NCBI GenBank assembly: GCA_038889075.1
Contig: JAWAHS010000018.1
Span: forward strand, 1 to 28,328
Direction: 5' to 3'
Length of the DNA stretch: 28,328 nucleotides
Source: Ignisphaera sp.
GTDB lineage: Archaea > Thermoproteota > Thermoprotei_A > Sulfolobales > Ignisphaeraceae
The notes under the pieces are model-generated. The model made no database searches, was not told the DNA's origin, and worked only from the letters and a program-made list of their open reading frames with translations. Below, piece after piece: positions 18,455 through 27,910 of the stretch (within the stretch, counting starts at the first letter, position 1; the number at the start of each line of letters is the position of its first letter). The position numbers were made by a program, and so were the translations under genes.

Positions 18455-18788
18455 AATATACATAGAGTACTCTAGGGAGTTGGAGAAGCTCTTCAGAAAT
18501 CTACAGAACGTACTGCTATCCATTAAGGAAGATATTGAGAGAGATGTGCCGGTTGCAAAGATTTACCTCTTCGGTTCAGTAGCTAGGGGTAGATATACAT
18601 ATGCAAGCGATATAGATATACTGGTAGTTCTCGAAAGCCTAGGAGGAGTAGACATCGATACTCTAAAAACACACATCAAGACTAGATATAGAGGGTATCC
18701 AATAGAGCTACACATAACCGATAGACAAACCTTTGAAAAGTGGTATAAGAGATTCATAAAACCAGAGGAGCTAATAGAAATAGCATAG
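18438..18788 (+). CDS. Minimal nucleotidyltransferase (MNT), partner of HEPN
   Basis: YLFGSVARG...SDIDILVV (GS-x10-DxD); 116 aa. Confidence 0.92.
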   Translation: MSKGFEIYIEYSRELEKLFRNLQNVLLSIKEDIERDVPVAKIYLFGSVARGRYTYASDIDILVVLESLGGVDIDTLKTHIKTRYRGYPIELHITDRQTFEKWYKRFIKPEELIEIA

Positions 18789-19198
18789 AGTATAACGAAC
18801 AATAACCAACTATTCTCTTCCAAGGTATCTAGGTATGGAACATCGAGATATACAAGGAGCAGAGCTGAAAGGTGTTTAAAGAGTACAAAGATAATTATTG
18901 GATGAATAGGAGATGTTGTTGCAAACAGAATAGTCTTTTGTGTTGGTACCTAGCTGCATATAAAAGAGCACGTAGTTGGAGAAGAGGATTTGGTTAGAAG
19001 GTATGTGGAAGTAATTCAAGGAAGAAAAGGTACTATCACAGGAAAACAGGGAAGCATGCTGGAGGCTAGAATTCCTAGGCGGTCTAGTTCTCTGGGGTGG
19101 AGGGGGTCGAGCAGAGCTATGTGTTAGTTGTGAAAAGCTACACCTCATGGTTAAGATGTGTAGCGGGATTAAGATGGTAGGATGTCTATGCCGGTTTT

Positions 19199-20332
19199 CT
19201 ATGCTGTTTCTTTGAGTATGTTTATCCTAAATTCTACTCCTAGCCTTTCTCCCTCCTCCTTTATCTCTTTAAGTATGTTTTTGTGCACTGGTATTCCAAT
19301 TCTCTTTCTCGTTTCCATTGTTAACCATGCTTTTTCTCCAGGTAGCCAGATCTCCGAGTCTTTGGAGATCTTTTTGAGGTTCTTGATGTACCTTCGATAT
19401 TCTTCTATTCTATCTAGGAAGAGGTCTGTAGGTAATATTCTGTTAATGTCTATTACTATCATGAAGTGTCCAACATTTGCTGGTTCTCTTGCTGTTGTAT
19501 GTTTAACTAGGGTGCCATAGTTTGCACCTGTTAGTACACCACAGAGTATATCTATAGCTAAGGCTAGCCCAGAGCCCTTATGGCCACCGAACTCCTCGCC
19601 AAAGCCGCCTAGCGGTAGTAGTGATCCCTTCTTTTCTAGAACGTCGTTTGGGTCATCCGTAGGGCTACCCTCTGATGAGAGGGCCCAGCCAAGCGGTATT
19701 CTCCTACCTTGCTTTGCGTATAGCTCTATCTTGCCTATTGGAACAATACTTGTAGAGGCATCAAACAGTATTGGTGGTGGTATCTTTGTGGGAAACCCGA
19801 TTGCTATGGGATTTGTACCCATGTTCCTACCAACGGTATGCGTATACGATACCAGCGCCTCGGAGTTTGTTGCTACAATACCAATCATATTCCTCTTAAC
19901 GGCCTGTAGAGCATAGTACCCTGCAATACCAAAGTGGTGGCTATTCCTAACACCAACAACAGCCACACCAGAGTTCTCAGCTTTTTCAATAGCTATCTCC
20001 ATAGCCCTATAGGCAACGACCTGCCCTAGACTAGCACCTCCATCAATTAGCGCTACCGTAGGGGTTTCCCTAATAATGCTGATTACAGCTCTAGGCTTTA
20101 CAGAGCCGATTCTAATACCCGTGGTGTACCTCCTAAGCCTCTGTACACCATGGCTCTCAATACCCATGAGATCAGCTGTAACAAGAACATCAGCAGCAAT
20201 CTCAGCCTCATTACGTGGAGCTCCTAGAGCGCAGAAGACCTCTACAATATACTCCTTTAACGATGTCCACTCAACCCTAACAAAATCCTCCGGGGGAGCT
20301 GGAGTACTCTTCTCATACATTCTCCACACCAT
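19199..20332 (-). CDS. Ldh_2-family (malate/L-lactate/sulfolactate-type) NAD(P)H oxidoreductase
   Basis: GIESHGVQR, RNSHHFG, GTNPIA, DASTS, GHKGSGL, WLPGE motifs. Confidence 0.92.
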   Translation of the reverse strand: MVWRMYEKSTPAPPEDFVRVEWTSLKEYIVEVFCALGAPRNEAEIAADVLVTADLMGIESHGVQRLRRYTTGIRIGSVKPRAVISIIRETPTVALIDGGASLGQVVAYRAMEIAIEKAENSGVAVVGVRNSHHFGIAGYYALQAVKRNMIGIVATNSEALVSYTHTVGRNMGTNPIAIGFPTKIPPPILFDASTSIVPIGKIELYAKQGRRIPLGWALSSEGSPTDDPNDVLEKKGSLLPLGGFGEEFGGHKGSGLALAIDILCGVLTGANYGTLVKHTTAREPANVGHFMIVIDINRILPTDLFLDRIEEYRRYIKNLKKISKDSEIWLPGEKAWLTMETRKRIGIPVHKNILKEIKEEGERLGVEFRINILKETA

Positions 20333-20466
20333 GTCTGCTAGCCTCTACAAGTTTTTGAGGAGTATACACTAAAGTCTTAGATCCTCTAAAATACATTATC
20401 CTATTTTATATACACTATGGTATCGTCGAAGAGCGGGGATTACAATAGCCTATAGATGGTGTATCG

Positions 20467-21240
20467 CTACACCCTGGCCATTACTATAAATGCGCTGTCC
20501 GACTCTCTTCTAGCTAGTCTATACATATATTTAACAGGGTCCCAGGTAGCCCATATAATGTCCAGTACCTTAAAGCCTGCTTCCTGAATAGCCCTAAGTA
20601 CTACCTCTTTTTTGTAGACTGGGTATGACGCTTCTTCAACACCCACAACTCTATCCATACTGTCAACCACCTTTATCCTATAGCCATAGAGAACACCTCC
20701 ATCAATATGGGTTACATTCTCGCTCTCTAGTACAGCCCTATAGATTCTACCACCTATATGTACCTCTACCTCGCGTGGTTCATTATACAATTCAAAGTTG
20801 TAGTCTGCTACAAAAATACCTCTACCGATAACCTTGCCAATGTTTTTCAACGCTTTCACCATATCGTTGTAGCTGAAGATTATTAAAAAGTTCACTGCAT
20901 ATCCTCCATCAAATACACCGTTCACCTCACTGCTATCGTTTAGAATATCTAGTTTTGCAAATGGAAGCTTCTTTGCTACACCAAATCTCCAGTCCTCAAC
21001 ATCTGTAAGTAGTACATCGAAACCTTCTCTAGCCATCAGATAGCCGTGTCTACCAAGACCACAGCCAAATTCGATCAGCCTCCTAGCACCATATTTACGG
21101 AAGACATCCCTAAGTATTTCAACCTCGCGCCTAACCCTCCTCCAGCTGCAGTAGAGTCTGGCATAGATCTGTCTAGGTATTTCGGTTTGCCATAGTATCG
21201 TCACTACCACCCCTCTGAGAAACGGGCTAGAGATAAACAC
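20467..21240 (-). CDS. Class I SAM-dependent methyltransferase; true start probably a later GTG
   Basis: Motif I IEFGCGLGRH followed by GFDVLLTD; FDGGY strand. Confidence 0.82.
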   Translation of the reverse strand: MFISSPFLRGVVVTILWQTEIPRQIYARLYCSWRRVRREVEILRDVFRKYGARRLIEFGCGLGRHGYLMAREGFDVLLTDVEDWRFGVAKKLPFAKLDILNDSSEVNGVFDGGYAVNFLIIFSYNDMVKALKNIGKVIGRGIFVADYNFELYNEPREVEVHIGGRIYRAVLESENVTHIDGGVLYGYRIKVVDSMDRVVGVEEASYPVYKKEVVLRAIQEAGFKVLDIIWATWDPVKYMYRLARRESDSAFIVMARV

Positions 21241-21936
21241 TCACCTTTAAACATTTATCCTAGAGATAGAGGCTATAGCAACAATAGAATTCTACATCAT
21301 CTACGTACTGGCTGAGGATTTAGCTGTAGAGATCCCTGCTGTAAATGCATTGATTCATTTATCTATAGCCCTTGTGTTAATAAAGCTAATCCAAAATCCA
21401 GCTCCTCTATTTAAGAAGGTGAGACTTTGCTGCATCTAGGTAGCCAATCTCTTTCACCATCTCACATCTGGCACTAACCTTTCTACATACAGTATATTAT
21501 TGCATCTTATAGTATCCCGTGTACAGTCTCTTGACGAACCCAGGTCGAAGAAGTAAGAGGCTCCTTTTTCCACCTGTTGCTACAGCCTTCACAGCTGTAG
21601 GCAGCCCTTTATCCACCACAGTAACTGCTACAGCCATGTAGCTACCCGCTCTAAAAACTACTTCTTCCCCCCTATAGCTATTGCTGTTCTAGGGCTTGTA
21701 CCAAGAATCTCTAGATTTAATAGCCTATCACTGTTTGTAAAGGTCTGTAGAGCTCTGCCAAATTTTTCGTAGATTTGTGCAACAATACCATATACAAGAG
21801 GCATGGCAACTCCTCATTCGATATACCCAGCCAGCTCTATGGTTGTAAGCTTTAATGTTTCAACCCTCAAATCGCTAGCTATAAGGGAGGTAGAGCTTAT
21901 CTAGCTATAGACTCCAAGTATACCTTAGGTGGTGAC

Positions 21937-22296
21937 ATGGCTGTATTGGCTGAGCTTAGGGTTATTCCAGTTGGAACGTCTTCAACTAGCCTCAGTATGT
22001 ATGTTGCTGAGGTTCTAAAGGTTTTAGAGGAGCTTAGGGTGAGGTACATGCTAACACCATTTGGTACATGTATAGAGGTTGCGGATTTTAGCGAACTTGC
22101 ATCTATGCTGGATAAGGTTTGTAAACATTTAAGGGATCTGGGCATCAACAGAATTGTGATAGATGTAGCCATAGATGTAAGGTTTGATAAGGAAATCTCA
22201 CTGGAATCCAAGGTTAGATCAGTAGAGGAGAAAATGGGAGGTCTCAAACCCGATATGAATTCTAGAGACCATGGTAGACTGCATGGGGGTGCCTGA
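21937..22296 (+). CDS. MTH1187/thiamine-binding family protein
   Basis: ELRVIPVGT..TSLS.YVAE, LTPFGTCIE, IDVRFDK..SLESKV.SVE; GGTGGTGA RBS. Confidence 0.88.
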   Translation: MAVLAELRVIPVGTSSTSLSMYVAEVLKVLEELRVRYMLTPFGTCIEVADFSELASMLDKVCKHLRDLGINRIVIDVAIDVRFDKEISLESKVRSVEEKMGGLKPDMNSRDHGRLHGGA

Positions 22297-22332
22297 TACT
22301 ACTTCCAGCTCCTACCATTAAATAGGTTCCGG

Positions 22333-23244
22333 CTAGAGATATCTAACATCTGTATCTGAATAATTCGATCTAATATATTCAAACACTGTATCTTCTCCTA
22401 TTTTGAGCGGTCCCTGTTCTCTTAGCTTAAGCGATGTTGTTGCTGCTGCAAATACTATAGCATCTTTATATCCCATACCCCGTAGCCTTGCGTGTAGATA
22501 GGAGGCTAAACATGTATCTCCCCTACCGACTCTTCCACCAATACTATCAACCTTAAAGGGTGCAAAGAGCATCTTATTATAGACTCTCAAGTAGACCCCC
22601 TCGCTAGATGTTATCAACACCTCTTTAGAACCCCAAGAGCTCAGTATTTCAGAAGCTCTAAGAGGATCTTCAGCGCCGGTTAGTATCGATGCCTCCTTGA
22701 TATCAGCCTTGAAGATATCTACATACTTCATCCCCTCCATCTTCCATTCCCAATCAACATACTCAATCCTGTTATCAACAACCTTACGTGTAAAACCTTG
22801 AACATCCAATACTACCGGTGCTACTCTGCGAGCCTCTTTAACAAATTCTAAGTTGAAGTCTTTTGTTGTTAGAGGACCTACATATATATACCGGGGTTTT
22901 GGACAATGCTCTAGGTCCTCAACATGGAAAGGTTCCGCAACACTTAACACACTTAAGGTTCTCTCATCGAAACTTCTACCATATTCTGTATGAAATGAAC
23001 TTGTGTATCTACTGGGGAGTACCAGCACATCTATGCCAAGATCGTAAAGCTCTTTCAGCAGATATGCATCCTCTCTAGCTAGCCTAGTAATCACAAAGAC
23101 GCTGCTACCCAGCCTTCTCAATGCTATAGATAGAAAGTATGGTGGTCCACCTGTAAATGGTCTATAGATTCCTCTAAACCTCTCAGACTCTTTAGTAATA
23201 TGTCCAAATGCACAGACTTCAACCTCCATTCGAATCTCCACCAT
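22333..23244 (-). CDS. PfkB/ribokinase-family carbohydrate kinase
   Basis: GHITKE, TGGP, LDVQGF, KADIKEA, VLIT and C-terminal anion-hole region GRVGRGDT. Confidence 0.88.
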   Translation of the reverse strand: MVEIRMEVEVCAFGHITKESERFRGIYRPFTGGPPYFLSIALRRLGSSVFVITRLAREDAYLLKELYDLGIDVLVLPSRYTSSFHTEYGRSFDERTLSVLSVAEPFHVEDLEHCPKPRYIYVGPLTTKDFNLEFVKEARRVAPVVLDVQGFTRKVVDNRIEYVDWEWKMEGMKYVDIFKADIKEASILTGAEDPLRASEILSSWGSKEVLITSSEGVYLRVYNKMLFAPFKVDSIGGRVGRGDTCLASYLHARLRGMGYKDAIVFAAATTSLKLREQGPLKIGEDTVFEYIRSNYSDTDVRYL

Positions 23245-23752
23245 TCACACAAACTCTTGAATTATATCTAGTCCCTACCTAATATTCTTTAGTTCTTTAG
23301 TTAGTATAGCCAGTCCACAATGTTTAGACGATATAGCTGAGAACTGTAGATGGCTACCCCTAGTGAGAACGGTGAGGAACATGGATGGAGATGGTAAGAG
23401 GATATATCTACACAGCAGGCCTTTCCCCAACGATTTACTCAGAAATCTTGGTTTTATAAATTGTGTACAACGTACTATACTATTCGGGTAACCTTATTCT
23501 ATCTAATTCCAATATTACTAGAGTTATCACTGGGTATCTAAGATTAGAGAAGGTTGGAGATTGTTGATGTAGGTCTTGCTAGGGGGCAGGATCTAGCACC
23601 TACCTAGCGTAAGTCCGGATATCTATAGTAAGGAATTTCATCTATTAATTGATTGTTTATTGGTATACGTTATATTTGGTATTGTATAGTGTTAAAAGCT
23701 TCAGTTTAGTATTGTCGAATTTCTTAGCAGATTAGGCTTTTTAGATTCAATT

Positions 23753-23766
23753 AAAAGTTTATTAAA
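23753..23766 (+). promoter_or_regulatory. BRE/TATA promoter of ABC operon
   Basis: AAAAGTTTATTAAA about 33 nt upstream of GTG 23799. Confidence 0.55.
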
Positions 23767-23798
23767 CTGCTTAATAGGTAGATCTATGGTGGTCAGTA

Positions 23799-24860
23799 GT
23801 GGTTTCTAGTATAGGGAAAAGAAGGCTACTACTGGTATCGCTAGCCATTATCGTTATTGCTATCATTGCGGTAGCTTCATATCTCTTCATCATACCTTAC
23901 CTACTAAGGCCCGCACCTGTAAGGGGTTCTATAGTGGTGTATGCAGCTATCCATGAGTTTGAGGTGGATAGATTGTTAAGGATGTTTACTGAGGAGACCG
24001 GTATAGAGGCTAAGTATGTTAGGATGAGTGCTGGTGAGATAGAGGCTAAGTTGAAGGCTGAAGCTGCTACTGGTCAAATTCAGGCTGACGTGGTTTTAGG
24101 GGGACCTATGATAAACCATGAAAGTATGAAGAAGGCTGGGCTTCTATATAAGTGGGATCAGCCCCCACCTAATGCTAGAGATATTCCTTCACAGTATCAT
24201 GATCCTGATAATTACTGGTTTGGATTCTATGTAGGTGCTATTGCATTCTGTATCAATTCGGATAGACTATCGAAACTCGGGCTACCCGAGCCAGGTGGTT
24301 GGGAGGACCTCACAAAACCTGAATATAAGGGGCAGTATGCTATAGCTGACCCTAGAACATCTGGAACAGCATACACTGTTCTAGCAACTCTTCTATCACT
24401 GTATCCAGAGGATAGAGCATGGAGTATAGCCTCCACCATCTGGAAGAATGCTGGTGCTGTTCCAAAGGCTGGAGCGGCTCCTGCTCAAATGTGTGCAACT
24501 GGTGAGTATCCAATAGGTATAGCATTTGCCCATGACATCCTAAAGCTTCTAATGGCTGGATACAAGGTGAAGATAGTATATCCTGCTGAGGGTACAGGCT
24601 GGGAGATAGGTGGGGTAGCCGTGGTGAAGGGTGCTCCAAATCTTGAGGCAGCTAAAGTATTTGTAAACTGGGTACTAGGAAGAAAGGCAGGCCAGCTCCA
24701 CACCGACCTCTCTATGAGGCTTTCAACAAGAGGTGATGTAGTACCACCACCTGGTACAGTACCTCTTTCACAGATAAATATTGTTAGAGATTTTAAATGG
24801 AGGTGGGCAGCTGAGAACAGAGATGCGATACTAAAGACATGGGAGTCTGCGGTGGGCTAA
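23799..24860 (+). CDS. ABC transporter substrate-binding protein, AfuA/FbpA-like, N-terminal membrane anchor
   Basis: KRR + hydrophobic anchor, FTEETGI, QADV, WEDL, DPRTSGTAY, FAHD, GWEIGG motifs. Confidence 0.9.
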   Translation: MVSSIGKRRLLLVSLAIIVIAIIAVASYLFIIPYLLRPAPVRGSIVVYAAIHEFEVDRLLRMFTEETGIEAKYVRMSAGEIEAKLKAEAATGQIQADVVLGGPMINHESMKKAGLLYKWDQPPPNARDIPSQYHDPDNYWFGFYVGAIAFCINSDRLSKLGLPEPGGWEDLTKPEYKGQYAIADPRTSGTAYTVLATLLSLYPEDRAWSIASTIWKNAGAVPKAGAAPAQMCATGEYPIGIAFAHDILKLLMAGYKVKIVYPAEGTGWEIGGVAVVKGAPNLEAAKVFVNWVLGRKAGQLHTDLSMRLSTRGDVVPPPGTVPLSQINIVRDFKWRWAAENRDAILKTWESAVG

Positions 24861-24861
24861 G

Positions 24862-26532
24862 ATAGGTAGAGGTATCCTGGGAAATCCAATTAGGGATGAT
24901 CCATACTCTAAAACTGCAACGATTTTTTTACTTCTTCTAATCTCGTTTTCCTTTCTAGTAATATTTATTCTCTATCCAATAGCTGTCGGGGCATACTACT
25001 CGCTAACTGCTGGTGGTATTGGTTACTACGGTAAATTCCTTGCAGAGGCACTCTATCGCGAAGCTCTACTCAATACCTTTCTTATAACAGTAGTATCTAC
25101 TCCTCTCACAGTTGCTGTAGGGCTATTCTATGCAGTTTGTCTAGAGGCTATACCGCCAAGGTTTAAGAAAATCTTTACCTATCCACTTGTACTTCAGCTA
25201 ATATCACCTCCATTCGTCTCCGGACTTGCCTTCATTATGCTCTTTGGAAGGAACGGTGTAATAAGTAGGTTTCTTGAGGATAGATTTGGTGTAACTCTAG
25301 ATCTATACGGATTGCCGGGACTGGTCATAGTCCAGGTTCTAACCTTCTTTCCCAGCGCCTTTCTCATAATCTATGGTGCGCTTAAGAATATGGATAGATC
25401 TCTAGAATATGCTGCTCAGGTTCTAGGAGCCTCATCCATAAGAACGTTCTTTGATATCAAGTTGAAGCTACTTAAACCAGCAATACTTTCAGCAACACTT
25501 CTCATTGCCATGGAGGTGTTTGCGGATTTTGGAAACCCTCTCCTTATAGGGGGGCGTTTTATAGTGCTTGCTACACTTGCATATACACTTGTTGTTGGAT
25601 GGGGTGACCTTATTGGAGCTCTTACCGTTGCATATGTTCTCTTGATACCTTCCCTTGCTCTCTTCTTTATGCAGTGGAAGCTGATTGGTAGGGGTAGATA
25701 TGTTACAATCAGTAGGGAGGCCGTATTCATACCAACAAGATACTCTATAAGGAATAGAATCCTATCATATCTATTTCTATCTCTTTTCTCTGGCATAATC
25801 TATGCATTCTATGCTCTAATATTTACCGGCGGCTTTATCAAGACCATAGGTGTGGACTACTCATTTACCTTAAGGCATATTGAGGAGGTTAGCCTTGCAG
25901 CTAGAATAACCCTAACAAACTCTCTACTACTCTCAATATCATCATCTCTACTCATAGTGGCTATAAGCTTTATCACGGCCTACCTTGCCGCTACACGGAG
26001 GATTTTTGTTAATAAGGCTTTAGAGGTACTATCAACAATACCTACAGCCATTCCAGGTACCACATTTGGACTATCATACCTCCTGGCATTCGGTAGAGCT
26101 CCATTAAGGCTATATGGTACTCCGAACATCATCATGTTTAACAATGCTGCTAGGTTCATACCCTTAGGATTTCAGGCTATAAAGTCACAGCTACTCCAGA
26201 TAGATCCAGCTATAGAGGAATCCTCTATTGTTTTAGGTGCCGGTGTTGCTAGAACGATGTTCAGAATATACCTACCGCTAAGCATAATAAGCTTTGGTGC
26301 ATCGCTTGGCTATGGTTTTATAAACTCTATGAAGACCGTAAGCTCTGTCATATTCCTACAGACGCCGGATTGGAGGCTTGCAGCACCATTTATTCTAGGT
26401 CTTGGACACCATGGCTACTGGGGTCAGGCGTGTGCATTGAGCACAATTCTTATACTTATCATCATAGCATTCTTCATGTCACTTAAACTATTGTTTAGAG
26501 GAAGAGTTAAACTCTTTGGTGATCTGATATAG
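24862..26532 (+). CDS. ABC transporter permease with two fused TM domains (AfuB/FbpB-like); proposed ATA start
   Basis: Frame is open from 24835 and encodes TM helices and SPPFV before the first ATG (25237); two EAA loops (LEYAAQVLGAS, IEESSIVLGAG); 556 aa from ATA 24862. Confidence 0.85.
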   Translation: MGRGILGNPIRDDPYSKTATIFLLLLISFSFLVIFILYPIAVGAYYSLTAGGIGYYGKFLAEALYREALLNTFLITVVSTPLTVAVGLFYAVCLEAIPPRFKKIFTYPLVLQLISPPFVSGLAFIMLFGRNGVISRFLEDRFGVTLDLYGLPGLVIVQVLTFFPSAFLIIYGALKNMDRSLEYAAQVLGASSIRTFFDIKLKLLKPAILSATLLIAMEVFADFGNPLLIGGRFIVLATLAYTLVVGWGDLIGALTVAYVLLIPSLALFFMQWKLIGRGRYVTISREAVFIPTRYSIRNRILSYLFLSLFSGIIYAFYALIFTGGFIKTIGVDYSFTLRHIEEVSLAARITLTNSLLLSISSSLLIVAISFITAYLAATRRIFVNKALEVLSTIPTAIPGTTFGLSYLLAFGRAPLRLYGTPNIIMFNNAARFIPLGFQAIKSQLLQIDPAIEESSIVLGAGVARTMFRIYLPLSIISFGASLGYGFINSMKTVSSVIFLQTPDWRLAAPFILGLGHHGYWGQACALSTILILIIIAFFMSLKLLFRGRVKLFGDLI

Positions 26533-27614
26533 TCCAGTACATACTCTCAGTTATGAATGTAAGTAAGAGGTTCGGAAGTATAGTAGCTGTAGATAGAGCC
26601 TCGTTTGATGTTGAGAGGGGTGAGTACATCGTTATCCTAGGTCCTTCTGGCTGTGGAAAGACTACGCTCCTAAGAATTATTGCAGGGCTCTACGATCCGG
26701 ATGAGGGAAGTATAGTGATAGATGGAAGGGATGTCACACCACTTCCTCCACACAAGAGGGGGGTTTCCCTAATGTTTCAGAGCTATGCACTATTTCCACA
26801 TATGAACGTTATGGAGAACATAATGTATGGACTCAAAGTTAAGAAGGTTCCACTAAACGATGCTAGAAGAAAAGTTAAGGAGATAGCCTCATTATTGGGA
26901 ATAGACGACCTTCTTGATAGATATCCTCACCAGCTCTCAGGTGGGCAGCAACAGAGGGTTGCCTTAGCAAGGGCACTTGTAGTTGAGCCAAAGGTGCTCC
27001 TTCTAGATGAGCCTCTAAGTAATCTGGATGCAAAAATTAGAGCTAGGATAAGGCATGAGTTAAGAAACCTGCTGAGAGGCTTAAAGATAACAACAATCCA
27101 TGTTACACACGATCAGGAGGAGGCTATGGCCTTAGCTGATAGAATCATTGTTATGAATCTGGGTAGAGTTATGCAAATAGGTTCACCATATGAAGTATAT
27201 AGAAATCCGAGGACGCTATTTATAGCGGATTTTATAGGGTCAACAAACTTTGTTGAAGGTATTGTAGGGGTAGATGCATACAATAGAAAATCCGTAAGGC
27301 TAGGTTCTACGCATCTCATTTCTCAGAATATAGATGAATTCCAGATCGGCGATAAGGTAGTTATAGGTATTAGATATGAAAGTATAGAGTTATATAACGT
27401 CAAACCCAGTACACCCCATGATGATAATGTGTTTCTAGCTACTGTCAAGGATAGGATATTTATGGGAGCTATGACAAGGGTTATAGTAGATGTAGAAGGT
27501 ATTGAAATGGTAGCTGATATAGTCAGTAGCCAAGCTGAAAAGCTAAATCTATCTATACACAGCAATATATACATTAGAATACCTAAGGAGAGGATAATGG
27601 TGTTTAGAAAGTAG
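26529..27614 (+). CDS. ABC transporter ATP-binding protein (AfuC/FbpC/PotA-like) with TOBE domain; ATA 26529 or ATG 26553 start
   Basis: Walker A GPSGCGKT, LSGGQQQR, LLLDEP, VTHD motifs. Confidence 0.93.
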   Translation: MVQYILSVMNVSKRFGSIVAVDRASFDVERGEYIVILGPSGCGKTTLLRIIAGLYDPDEGSIVIDGRDVTPLPPHKRGVSLMFQSYALFPHMNVMENIMYGLKVKKVPLNDARRKVKEIASLLGIDDLLDRYPHQLSGGQQQRVALARALVVEPKVLLLDEPLSNLDAKIRARIRHELRNLLRGLKITTIHVTHDQEEAMALADRIIVMNLGRVMQIGSPYEVYRNPRTLFIADFIGSTNFVEGIVGVDAYNRKSVRLGSTHLISQNIDEFQIGDKVVIGIRYESIELYNVKPSTPHDDNVFLATVKDRIFMGAMTRVIVDVEGIEMVADIVSSQAEKLNLSIHSNIYIRIPKERIMVFRK

Positions 27615-27910
27615 ATACCATAGGTACAATACATAACACGTCGCTATGTTCGGATCCTAAGAACATTTCTAAAACTCTATGGCATTCCTTCACATATTGA
27701 AAGCATGCTATACTATGTTTTCTCAAATTTCTCTTGCTCTTCCAACTATCACCATGGATGTTCCATTGTTCTGCAATACGATGGTGGATTTGTGCAAATC
27801 TATTCATTATCTGTACACCTACTAGCATCCATGCATATATGGCTAGCCTATCCATATAATAGAAACACTCTTATATCTGAGAAACGCCTACTTACTATGG
27901 GGTTATGTAC

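Noticed and set aside
18790-19180. Purine-rich broken plus-strand frames and ORF 18876..19148 (-)
   Set aside because: No identifiable motif; probably eroded coding DNA.
21400-21830. Possible decayed minus-strand gene (includes a CEGC pair)
   Set aside because: Coding-like composition but no family could be recognised.
23335-23432. Partial TPP-riboswitch-like words (GCTGAGA...TACCC...GAAC..TGA) near a thiamine-binding gene and ABC transporter; also ends in CCCCAACG like an IS607-type end
   Set aside because: The 5' G-run and the 3' half of the aptamer are missing, it lies more than 300 nt upstream of the ABC TATA box, and no TnpB-like peptide is encoded. An Rfam scan would settle it.
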